Assembly (NCBI RefSeq): GCF_000143415.4
Contig: NW_003314267.1
Location: forward strand, 1,309,309 to 1,373,308
Source: Selaginella moellendorffii
Taxonomy: Eukaryota; Plantae; Lycopodiophyta
Reading direction: 5' to 3'
DNA length: 64,000 nucleotides
Under the pieces are notes generated by a model. It saw only the letters and a list, made by a program, of their open reading frames with translations, was not told the DNA's origin and made no database searches. Made by a program: the position numbers and the translations under genes. Below, one piece after another: positions 34,950 through 46,286 of the stretch (position 1 is its first letter; the number at the start of each line of letters is the position of its first letter).

Positions 34950-36800
34950 ACTGCCTCAAGTTGAAAGTCTAGGTTAGTGCTTGATTTGTCTTGAGAATCA
35001 CATCTTGGACATGATAAAGAAGAAATCAAAGTGGAAGAAAAGAAAAAAGAAGAAAAAAAGAGTGAAATGAGCTCATTTCTGAAAGATCTTAAGGTGGCAG
35101 TGGTTGTGAGTGTGTGGCAACTTTTGCCTTGCTTCATCTGTGAGGACGTAAGCACCACCCCCTATGTGCTTCTTGATAAAGAAGGGACCAAGCCATTTAG
35201 AGGAGAACTTTGTAGGTGGCACCAAATCCTGGAGCATCACAAGTTGTCTTGCTGGAAAGGGCTTGCCTCACTAGAACTGGTCCTACTGGCCCTTATACTT
35301 GCACTTTATAGCTTAAAGGTGCTTTACCACTACACATTACTGCTCATGAAGCTGGAGAAGATCCCATACTCAAGCTTGTAGTTGCTCCTCCTCAGTAAGC
35401 TAAAACTTTACTACATATCACAAGGCAAACTGAAGAGAAGGGACTTGGAGCTTGATTGGAAAAACAGCCTCAACTCCATAAACCAAAGAAAATGGTGTGG
35501 CAGCAACAACAGTCTTGAACAATATGCTTATAGATGAAGCGAGCTGTGGAAGACTGATTAGCATGCCATAAAGGGATTGCCACCACCCATTTCATAAAGT
35601 AGTTTCTAGACATGAGAAGATAGTGATGATCCTGTGAGTTGGCAGGTGAAATCAATCCTAAAAAATCCAAGCCCCACTTGAAGAATGGTCCTAAGGATGT
35701 GACAACCTAGAATTGGAAGTGTGGAATATGACTCAAATGATTGAACTTCTGGCACAAGAGGCAAGTCTCTGTGAAGGTTGTTGTGTCGTGATGAAGTGTT
35801 GGCCAATAATACCCATAATGAAGCAAGAGTTGAGTAATAATTTTCCCTAAAAAGGGGCAAGCACAGGTGTGGAAGGCTCAAAGAAGAGGACTCCATCTTT
35901 GGTCCACAAATAAAGTGCTCCACCAAAAAGGCTTGTTGATGCTCTATGGATGAATCCAGAGGATATATCTCACTATTCAAATACTCAACAATATCCTTGA
36001 GAGCTGCTGGAACTATGAAAAACTCTATGTTGGTTGAAACCATGAGCTGGCTAGGATTGTATACACATTATTGTTGCCTCATGAAAGTGTAAGTTGCTAA
36101 GTTTAGACTTCCCAAAAAATCACCTAACTCAGTACTATTCAAACTTAAAGACACTTAACCTTAACTATTCTAATATCCTTAACCTATTGGAAAAGGGGGT
36201 GCATTCTTATTTATGAGCCATTTCTTTTAATATTTGAACCTTTATAAATCATTTCTTGAGTTATTATCTTTGGTTGCTATAATCCATTATGCTTCCTTGC
36301 AAGTTCATGCCCTTGTGAACAGAAGCTAAGAGCCACAACTCTCTTGAGAGCCTCACTCTCTTGACACCCTACCCCTTGGGTTAAGCCCAGCTGGAGTAAA
36401 TTGGACTTATTGGATGTTATTCAACATGTGGTATGATTCCTCTAACTAACAACAAAGTTGAACCCAAGACCTATCTAATACTAAATGTAAGCTCTTGAGT
36501 TTGGTACATTCTTATTCATGGGCCTTTTTCTTTTATATTTAAACCTTTATAAATCGTTTCTTGAGTCATTCCCTTTGGTTATTTATAGAAATTCACTAGA
36601 ATATAAACTTTTAAATTTAAACTTCCTAAGAGGTTACCCAACTCAGTACTATTCAAACCCAAGGACATTTATCCCCAATTATCTCAAGACTCTTAACCGA
36701 TTGGAAAAGGGGGTGCACTTTTACTCATGAGCCCTTTCCTTCTATATTTGAACTCCATAGATTGTCTTTTAAGTCGTTCTCATTGGTTGCTTACATAGAA
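34950..36800 (-). mobile_element. Further degenerate LTR-retrotransposon remnant (integrase plus duplicated gag-like segments)
   Basis: WGLDFLGLISPANSQDHHYLL..YFMKWVVAIPL at about 35570-35680; a 150-250 bp unit recurs at about 33100, 36110, 36500 and 36620. Confidence 0.6.
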
Positions 36801-37496
36801 CTCCTAAATCATAAATGTCCACTATAAAGTACATGGAATTTGCAAATTTCTCTATAATAGAATGGTTAGAACATTCATAGACGTATAAAAATGGATATAG
36901 GCTCCCAAAAGCAAGTGGTGGAAATGCTAAAATGTGTACACCACCATAAAGGCTTCTTTCTCTACAAGTGTGTATTGTTGCTCAATGGTGGAGAAAGAGT
37001 GGGAGGAGTTAAGGAAAAGGAATGGGGTCATTCATGACAATAATATGATATATATGATCAATAAAGAGGAGAGGTTATGGAAGATGAAAACTTTAAGTTT
37101 GAGTGCAACACTTTTCAATCATGACTTAAGTACTTAGGATGAAAGAAGATGAAGAAGTGTTTATGAAAAATCCAAAATAGCATTTTTAGTTATTCTTTAC
37201 CTAGAAAAGAATAATTGTGATAAAATTGAATAATGAGTCTTATAAATATATACTACAAACCTTTAACTTTTTCTATACAAACTAAGTATATTTTTAAAAC
37301 TATTCTTATTAAAAAATAGAATTTTTATTATTTAGGCTTAAAGTTTTGAAAAATAGATAATATTTAATTAAAAAAATCCAAAAGTCTATTCTTATGAACT
37401 TAGGTATGACTACACTTTTTTTCTAATTATGGAGGATATTTTATAATATTTATTTAAATTTTTTTATTATTATTGATTTTTTCATTCTTCCATTAA

Positions 37497-38462
37497 ATGA
37501 AAAAAATATCATCTTTAATAGTTACTACATTAATAAAATTTTACCTATTATATTTTATAGTTAAAAATATGAATGGAAAAGTATTGATTCTTTTTATTTC
37601 TATGCAATTCACAAGTTGTTTATTACGTAATCCTAAATTTAATATTGATTGGGGTACAAATAATACTTTAACTGCAAAAGAAGTTACAATGTTAATAATT
37701 AATTATAACTCAATGTTTTCTAGAATAAGAACAAGAGAAAGTGACTTTTATCCAAGAAATTATATATATAGAGAACCATTTGATCTTATATTTGGAGTTG
37801 CTATTTTACAAATTCAATTTTTAGATAATAATTTACAAAATTGTTTCCCACAAAATACAGGTAATAATATCAAGGGTAAGTCAATGAGAATGGGATTTCG
37901 TCGTATATTAGATAATGTTACAAATGATTTACATAATGCTCGTTCTAATAGATGTAAGGTTGTTGGTGAAAAGTATCAAATTGAGTATTCATACTTTCGC
38001 TATCGCAATAAGGAATTATTATATGAATTGGATGTTACTTCTATGCTGAATCTATATAGAGCTTGTGATAATAGTTTAACCACTTTAAGTGCTGGACTTA
38101 CAAATAATAAGCTTTATACAAATGAATTTATAAGGTCACCAAATGGAAAAAATATATTAATTCTAGAATTAAATTGTAAAATTTCTCTATATTCTCAAAA
38201 AACTTTAATTTGGAGATCAAAAGGTAATAATAATTATTATGGGGCATGTATATTTATAATACAAATTGATGGCAATGCTGTTATATACACTGAAACAAAA
38301 GTTATAGTATGGTCTATTAACATATATTGTCTCAATACACCATATTGTTTCTTATTTACTTTTCTTTCTTTACAAGATAATTGTAATTTAGTTTTATATC
38401 AGATAAATAAAAATGGTGAAAATGAACCTTTATGGGCAACTAATACTAAATGCTTTATTTGA
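37497..38462 (+). CDS. Secreted protein: unknown N-terminal domain plus a C-terminal bulb-type (GNA/B) lectin; intronless and very AT-rich
   Basis: 321-aa uninterrupted ORF with a hydrophobic N-terminus (alternative ATG at 37569); B-lectin subdomains SPNG..LILELNCKISLY..IW, QIDGNAVIY..VWS and LQDNCNLVLY..PLWATNT. Confidence 0.8.
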   Translation: MKKISSLIVTTLIKFYLLYFIVKNMNGKVLILFISMQFTSCLLRNPKFNIDWGTNNTLTAKEVTMLIINYNSMFSRIRTRESDFYPRNYIYREPFDLIFGVAILQIQFLDNNLQNCFPQNTGNNIKGKSMRMGFRRILDNVTNDLHNARSNRCKVVGEKYQIEYSYFRYRNKELLYELDVTSMLNLYRACDNSLTTLSAGLTNNKLYTNEFIRSPNGKNILILELNCKISLYSQKTLIWRSKGNNNYYGACIFIIQIDGNAVIYTETKVIVWSINIYCLNTPYCFLFTFLSLQDNCNLVLYQINKNGENEPLWATNTKCFI

Positions 38463-40149
38463 ATAAAGAAATTACCCTGTTTGTGGTAGTGACAGGGTAT
38501 CAAGCTAAAAAATAGTATTGCCACCAAGTGAGAGGGGGTTGTTATTTTAGATTTTGAATTTATATTTTGAATTATATTATAAATATAATATAAGTACTAA
38601 ATAATTTTCTATACTTTATGTATTTATTACTATAAATACAGAATTGTTTTAAGCTATATTAAATTGTGCTTAGAAAGTTAAGCCTACCAAAACTATTATG
38701 TTAATTTTTTCCTATTAATGATTTTGGTTTGCTTGAACAAAACCCAAAAGTCGTGGATATTCTTAGAAAAGTTTTAGTGCCAAAATGCAACAATAAACTG
38801 AGGCTAAGTGTATTTTAGAACATCACGATTTCAATTCTCTCAATCTGAGTAAGTCAAAGTATTTTATCTCTATATGCATGTGATTCTGAGAATTTTAATG
38901 TAGAATTCCAATCTGTTTTATAAAATAAATCAGAACATTTTAAATGCCACTATGGCACATACTCTTTATATTTGACATCACTTGCTTTATAAATTTAAAG
39001 ATGCTAAAGTATGGGAGGAGGGCCATGGTAAGGAGTTCTTAATCTCCTAAGATTTCAATGGTAGGTAAACAATTATACTAGGGTTAAGGATGACCAAGGA
39101 GCTCTAGCACCTCAAGTTGCAAAATTTATAGTTGTTGTAGATTGCTATATAATCTTATCATCTTGACACTCCCATAGAATTATCAACTTAAAAATTTAAT
39201 TTCTAACAACCATAGAAATAATAATAATCTGTTGCACCACTTGGTTTTCTTAATAATAGTATTATTCTTATTTATTAATCTAATTGATCAAATGAAAGTT
39301 TATAAGTATAATAAACATGTTTATAATTTATAAAAATAAGATTAATTTTATTGAATATCAACCATTAGATGGTATAATAAATTATAATATACTAAAAGGT
39401 TTTTTAAACTTTAGAAATGTCTATAAATTATAAATACTTGATTATTCTAAATGAATAGCAACCATTTGATGGTAGAATATCCTAGAATATCCAAGGATGT
39501 TCTAGGTATATCCACTACCAGTTTACTTAAGACCATTGTTAAAATCATAATGAACCAGCTATAAATGCTTGAACCAATAATATATAATAAAATTTTAAAG
39601 GCTACTATTCTACTGCAAAATAAATTAATAACTCTTCTAGAAACATAATATTTATCCTTGTCCACTTTAGTTGTCTTCTATATATAATAAATTGAACTTC
39701 TTCCATATGTATTTTAAATCCATAATTCCATTTGGACTTGTTTTGCTCTTTTATTTTCCAGTCTGTTAAAGTAAACATTCTATTCAGAGTCATTATATTT
39801 ATCCTCACTTTGTATTCATATTATTTATCCTCATTCCAATACCCTCTTATTGCTCATCCTCACTTCATTATACGGGAGGGAGACTCCCCTCCATCTCCTC
39901 CACTCCCTCCTCCAATGAAAATAAAAGTTTGAAGTGTCAAAAGAAAGCCAAAATTAAAGAAACAAGGTGGAAGAAAAAAAACAAGCGATTTAGGGTTTAT
40001 TTAAACCTAAACCCTAAAGTTAACCCTTGGGATTTTCAGAAAATAAAAGCATTATTGATATCAGGTATGCAATTTATAAAATTAAGCAACTTTGCATGCT
40101 TAGAAGTTAGTCTATAATAAAGAGTTACTCTCAACCTTTGAGCCACCTT

Positions 40150-40302
40150 GTCTGTGGAGGGTGATATGAAATTCCTCTTGGAGCACATTTAAGAAGAAGC
40201 CCCACATTCTCGTGAATGCTGCCAGTTCCTCTATTGAGGAGTTAGAAAGTGCTTGCAAATGCTGAACGATATAATGGCCAAGTGGGTCGCTAATTAGTAA
40301 AG
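40150..40302 (+). pseudogene. Collapsed remnant of the SDR gene
   Basis: gatatgaaattcctctt..aagaagaagccccacattctcgtgaatgctgcc matches 18417-18489; later pieces gcttgcaa and aatggccaagtgg match the SDR 3' part in order. Confidence 0.8.
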
Positions 40303-40305
40303 TAA

Positions 40306-41848
40306 GTGGGTTTTCGCACCCACCATTAATTTAGGGCTTTTACATCAGAGGATTTTAGCCTAATTTAAAATTTTAATGTTATTCTTTTCACACCAATATT
40401 AGTTAATAATAGCATTAGTAGTTATTAGTAATTTTGGGTGATAAAAACTTTGGATAATGTTAACCGGTTCACACTCCCATTAAATTAGCTAATTTAATGA
40501 TGCTATGTTCACACCAACTATTAAGTGGATAGTGGACTTCTTCTGCTGTGCCTCTATCTTCGTTTTCAATACCTGTGCCAAAGTTGCTGCTACGAGAACC
40601 ACTGCCAGAACCACCAGATCTTGTAGGAGGACGACTGCTACTGTCACAAAGCTTTGCTAGAGTGATATTTGGCTTTGCAGAGAGAAACTCATCAATCTCA
40701 TCAAAAGCCTCTTTCTCAATTATTCCAAGCTTCGCAGCACTTCGTTCCTTGGTCGTCAGCGCAAAGTAATTGCCACAGCCAGTGGAATGATCATAGAGCT
40801 TGACGGCTTTGTAGACAGTCATCAAGTTCGTCCATTTTATCCTACACTTCTCAAGATCCTTGTCATAGCCTTCAGCTTGAAGCCGTGCTGAGATCCTCTC
40901 CCACTTCTCTTTCGAACAAACCATACGCTCTCTATCAGATGTGCCTTCGTATTGTTCGAGCTCAATCCTCTTCTCCCGAATCAGCACCATCACTTCATCG
41001 TGAGTCCAATTGGATTGTCGATCACGAACACTTGGACCACCAAAACTCATGATACCTCCACCAGGAACACTAGTAGCAACACCATGAGAACTTGCAGTAG
41101 CTCCAAAACCAGGAACAAGAGTTCCTACACCTGATCCACTACCACTGCTTCCACTTCCACCAACAGCAAGACAGTGAGAGCTTGCACCTGCTCTAGGAAG
41201 AAGAGTTCCACCAGCACCTGGTCCAAGATCTCCAACAGCAACACCATGAGAATCTGCACCAAGACTTCCACCAGCACTTGGTCCAAAACTTTCAGCAGCA
41301 ACACAGTGAGAATTTGGGCCAAGAGTTCTACCAGCACCTAAGCCAAGACTTCCAGCACCAACACCGTGAGAAACGCCAAGACCTTCAACACCGTGAAAAC
41401 CTACTCCAGTCATCCATAGCATGCTTGGCTAGAAGTAAAATGCTCTAAAATGTGCTAGAAATGCCTAGGATTGATCTCTTACCTCGTTTCTGCCGTGGTA
41501 CGCTTGCCAACACCACGCCTCGCCGCTCCATGGGCATCCCCACTACTCGTAGCTAACAACACCGCGCACTGCACGCCACGCCAAAACGAAAGCAAGTGAA
41601 AGCCCTATAGAATATTCGTGAATATTTTAATCCTAATGCTACTAAAGTGTAGCATTAGGATTTTAGTGAAAAATGCATAAGAAATACTAATGGAAACATT
41701 AGCTTATTTTAATGTTAATTTCTGGTGTGAACAAGTTACCATTAAATTTAATAGTTAAATTAAAGTTTACAAATTTAATATAATAATGTAATGGTGTGAA
41801 CGAATTACCATTAAATTTACAAAGTTAATGGTGGGTGCGAAAACCCCC
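40306..41848. mobile_element. Non-autonomous PIF/Harbinger element carrying only the Myb/SANT gene
   Basis: 24-bp TIR G(T/G)GGGTTTTCGCACCCACCATTAA with one mismatch; TAA TSD at 40303-40305 and 41849-41851; subterminal ggtgtgaac..ttaccattaaattta repeats. Confidence 0.92.
40469..41422 (-). CDS. Harbinger ORF2-like Myb/SANT (trihelix) DNA-binding protein with Gly-rich repeats
   Basis: NWTHDEVMVLI..KWERISARL..KDLEKCRIKWTNLMTVYK..NYFALTTKER. Confidence 0.8.
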   Translation of the reverse strand: MLWMTGVGFHGVEGLGVSHGVGAGSLGLGAGRTLGPNSHCVAAESFGPSAGGSLGADSHGVAVGDLGPGAGGTLLPRAGASSHCLAVGGSGSSGSGSGVGTLVPGFGATASSHGVATSVPGGGIMSFGGPSVRDRQSNWTHDEVMVLIREKRIELEQYEGTSDRERMVCSKEKWERISARLQAEGYDKDLEKCRIKWTNLMTVYKAVKLYDHSTGCGNYFALTTKERSAAKLGIIEKEAFDEIDEFLSAKPNITLAKLCDSSSRPPTRSGGSGSGSRSSNFGTGIENEDRGTAEEVHYPLNSWCEHSIIKLANLMGV

Positions 41849-41941
41849 TAAGTAATACTTTTTTATGTTCTAGCCCTAAAGTCTGGAACCAATCGTTCTT
41901 CTTGGAATGCGCTTTGCGCCTACGAATTCCCGGGCGCTGGA

Positions 41942-44245
41942 ATGGCGAGTGATGAGAGTAAGAATGGATCGAAGCTAGATCCATCGCTAATCACTTCCTC
42001 TCGCTTCGGCATTTGTGATTTTCTTGGCAGATCTCCATGGAGCGCAAGGCATCAGCGAGCTCTGCCAGCGCCTAGGCCCCGCGTGGACGTGCCAGGGCAG
42101 CGAGACCTCCACTGGCTTCTTCGTGGAGCTCCTCAAGTCCAACGCCACGCCAGTAGTCCCGCGATCCACTCCAAGGCACTGCCCCAGCCTCCTCCTCACC
42201 CAGGAGGAGCAAAGGTGGAGATTTGGCACTCGAGCCTTTGCCTATTGCCTGGGACTGGCCTATTGCTTCCTGGGACTGGCAGTGATCACTCGCGTCTACA
42301 TGAGAGCTCTGGATTCCATCGTTCGCCACAGCAGGAAATCGGTCCACAGGGATCCCATCACTGGGCTCAGAATTTTCAGCGAGAGGAGGATCTGGAATCC
42401 CACCGTCGCGGACATCACGCTCCTCGCGCTGGGAACTTGTGCTCCACAGGTCTCGCTCGCGGTGATTGATGCCTTCCAACACATTGGACAAACTTCTGGC
42501 AGTTACACTCCTTTTTCTTTCTTCTTTTTTCTCTTTTGTTGTTCTTGGATTTGTATTCTTCTCTTTTGTCATCTTTGCATTGATGGAGCTTCGTTTCCTC
42601 GGATGTTTGCAGAGCTTGGAGCTGGAACGCTGCTCGGATCGACGGCATTTAACTTGTTCTTGATACTCGCGGTTTGCGTCGTGGCTCCCAAACGCTTCCA
42701 GACCAAGTCGATAAGGAACGTTGGAGTTTATATCATCGAAGTTGTTTGGTCTTTCTGGGCCTACGTCTGGCTCTTTTTGATCTTGGAGGTAAACTTTCTC
42801 ATCATCCTTTCGAGTTTTCTTCCTTGATTTTTCTTGTTGACGATTCTTTAGATCTGGACTCCCAACGAGATCACTCTCTGGGAAGCAGTCTTGACAGTGG
42901 CACAGTTCCCACTTCTGGTTCTTCACGCTTACGTCCAAGACAGGAACTGGAAATATTTGTCAATACCACTGAGAGAGTCGGACGCTATCGAAAGCTCGGA
43001 CATGAACAACTTACATGAGCTCGCCAACGTTTCTCGGAGCTCCAAGTTCGCGGCCATGAGGTGAGTCTCGGACGCATCCCTTGTTGTAAGGCTATGGCAA
43101 ATCACTTCTTGTTGTAAGTAGGACCTGGAGAGGCATTATGATGAGTCTTATGGCAGATATATCGAAGGCTCCGAGTCGTCAGCTGCGAAGGCAGCGGTCT
43201 TGCACTTCACCGATGGCAGCGCGGATGTTTTCGGTAAGAGAGTTGGTTGCCACTCGGCCTCATAATTTTCGTTTGTTCTTCTTTTCGAGCCGAGCAGAAG
43301 ACGTTGATACGAGCAGCAGAGACAACTTCGCGTTTCTGAGAGAGGGAGCCGAAACCGAGCATTTCTCTTGGAAAGCTCTGGGTACCGCGTGGAAGAACCA
43401 GTTTTACGATGCCATGACCGTAAGCTTCTTCGGTTCCCTCGACTTTTTTGCTGAACTTTGTTTTCGATGTCAGGTAGCTAGCATCGAAGAGGGTCGTGGT
43501 CAAAGGAAGCGCACTCCCTCGACGCTCCAGTTGCTACTCCATCCCATTGTCTCTTACTGGAAAGTCAGCTTTGCTTTCATTCCCCCCGTTCAACTTCTTC
43601 ACGGATGGCTCGCGTTTCTGGGCTCCATTTGCTTCATTACATGGATCTCCTACGTCGTTGTCGCGCTCTCAAATCGCATCAACTGCGTGACAGGTATGAG
43701 ACCATTATTTTCGCGATTTTGGCAAGAGAAAAAAAATAAAAAAACAAAAAAAAAAATGTGTTTTTTACCACAGGAATCAGCTCCTACGTACTGGCTTTGA
43801 CGGTGTTAGCGGCAGGAACGTCCCTTCCAAACCTTATGGCGAGTAAGATCGCTGCGGAGGAATACGACACTGCGGATTCAGCCATAGCAAACATCAATGC
43901 GAGGTAACAGATTCTTGACTTCATGTTTACCTGCTTGATGAAAGTTCTCTTCACAGCAATTGTATCAATGTTTACGTGGGATTTGGCGTCCCGTGGTGCG
44001 TCTCAGCACTCTATAGCACGGGCTTCCATCAGAATCTGGTGGTTCCCGTAGAGGGATTGAAATTTCTGCTCTCGGTCTATTTCTCCACGGCAATAACGTG
44101 CTTCGTTGCTCTTACAGCGAGGCGACGTCTTCTGGGAGGAGAACTAGGTGGACCCCGGAAATGGGCTTGGGCTTCTGCCATCTTCTTTTTCCTTCTCTGG
44201 ATCACATTCTTGACGCTTGCTTGTTTGGCAGGCAGATTTACGTGA
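41942..44245 (+). CDS. MHX: Magnesium/proton exchanger (CaCA/NCX-like), multi-exon
   Basis: [72 protein letters not shown] and [13 protein letters not shown]. Confidence 0.93.
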
Positions 44246-44539
44246 TCTGTTGTAAAAATAAGCCATCAATTACACATAGAATCAATTCTTTTGCCATCGG
44301 AGGAATGCAAAAACTACAACCTTTAGCTTTAGTGATTCTTCTCTCCCGACGACAAACCAAGGATCTGGAAAAGATTATGTTGTAGAGCCAGAACGAAGCA
44401 AGACCTGTCAAAGGAGAACAAAACGAATCTCAAAGGTTCAAATGCTAGGTAACAGTATACCTTCTGGCAGATAGGACGCTGCTTGGTGTTCGTCTTGAAG
44501 CTGCCACTACAAATCAATCAAACATAAGAAAATGATTAC

Positions 44540-45832
44540 CAATAGTTCCTGTCTCCAGGATCAAGGAAGGGTGCTATTGTGTTACTATTTAAACGAGTTC
44601 CAAGGAAGCATAGTCACATGGCCGTTGTTTCATTTCCAAGACGATTGAAAACAAATCTCTGGACAGATGGAAATATTTAGCAAAAAAAGTTTTAAGCAAC
44701 AATTCAGCACTGTCGTTTACCGAGGAAGAGATCTTGTTGAGGCCGTATTGCGAATCGCACCCAGCATCCAAATCAGAACGCAATGCCTCTAAGGACATAT
44801 TGGACCTGTGTGCTTCGACATCGACAAGTGCCAAAGATATGGATCGTGTTATCAAAGTGAGAATTCTTCTCGTCGCTGCCTCTCTCTCGGCTTAGACACT
44901 TGGAAGAAACGCGGACGTCAGCAAAAAGAGGAAACATCCAAAGAACTTAACACTCACCTGGCATGAGAGCAGTTTGAGAGCAAAACATAGCGTCATATCG
45001 TCGAGCAATCTCAGCGGCACTAGATCGGGGCCCCATAAAGATAGCCAACTTTTTCCACAGCCTACTTGCATTCCTCCCAGTTCTAACTGGCAAAAGCTGT
45101 ACTAGCCCTTGTCCGTTTCAGCCTGTCACTTTTACACGGTAAGACGACGGAAACAAGCGTGCATATCATACCGCTAGCTGTTTGTGATGACGTTGAACCG
45201 TGTGAAACCACTTCAAAAAAATTCCGTCCTCCGACTGGCATCTTGCCGAGTGTCTCGTTGTCTCCGAGCCGAAGAATACACAGTTGTACGCTCCTGTTCC
45301 TGAGATCTGACGTAAAACCAACTTCGAGAGCCCGGATCAGCTGTGGAGAGCCTGATTCCTCTGGCCATATCCAGCTTTGGTTCACGCAGACAAAACGAGT
45401 AGAAGTCCTTCACCGCGAGTCTTTGCTATAGTCCACGTGAGTAGAATTCCGTGACGAAGTCCCGGGGATTTGAGATGAATTGCCTGAAAATTCAATGTGA
45501 GTCCATTGCGTCGAAAGATAAAAAAATCTTTCTTTCTTTACCGTTTGATAGAGTCATTCCTCAATTACAATGAGCGCTATAAAGGGAATGCTCTCCATAA
45601 GAGCCACCATACCGAAGATCTCGTGGACAGAAATCCGCGGAAATGAATAGCAGGCACTAAATCTGCGCATTGATTGACTCTCGGGGAATGCTTACTCGCA
45701 CAAGCGGCAGGAAATATTTCCCTGGAAAGACGCACTGAATACCTCGATAATCTCTGTAAGATCGCCAGTGCAGCGATCGTGAATGTAGCTCGCGGTCGAA
45801 AGAGAACCGATCGAAGCCGGCAAGAATCCATA
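44540..45832 (-). pseudogene. Multi-exon pseudogene of an unidentified protein
   Basis: Exon-like blocks with GT-AG ends but in-frame stops, e.g. FAS*NWEECK*AVEKVGYLMGP and RFVFNRLGNETTAM*LCFLGTRL; apparent frameshift near 45215. Confidence 0.55.
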
Positions 45833-46286
45833 CCCCATCCCTCCGCCGCGCTCATTCCCTGTGCGCCAAAACCCCTAAATCCTCCCAAAGATTTAAAAAC
45901 GAGAAAGAAGCCAACGACGTGACTCGAGCCGTGGACGTCTCATCCAATGGAACAAAGGAAAAAAATAAAACAACTATACAAAAGCAAGAAGAAGAAACGA
46001 TGGAGTGTCCTCTTTCTTCCTCTATAGGCTAACCTTCTTCCTCTTCCTCGTTTTCTCAAGCTTGAAACTCAATGTACTACTACCTCCTTGCCTTGCTTTC
46101 CTTCCTTCTCTCCCTCCTCGCAGCCTTGCTCGTTGTGACTTTCTTAAGTACCACTCGCGCGATCGCCTTCCTCATAGTCCTTTCTCTCATCGTGTTCTTC
46201 ACGTCCTGTTCGTTCTCTCCCGGCTGTGTCCATTGCTGCCGGGTCTTTACCTTCGCCTTCTCTTTGTTCGTCACTCTCTCCTTCCT

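Noticed and set aside
19350-40150. The whole block as one Helitron
   Set aside because: No Rep/helicase motifs or convincing hairpin-CTRR end identified
44540-45600. Stop-codon readthrough or selenoprotein explanation for the in-frame stops
   Set aside because: Mixed TAG and TGA stops plus an apparent frameshift fit a pseudogene better
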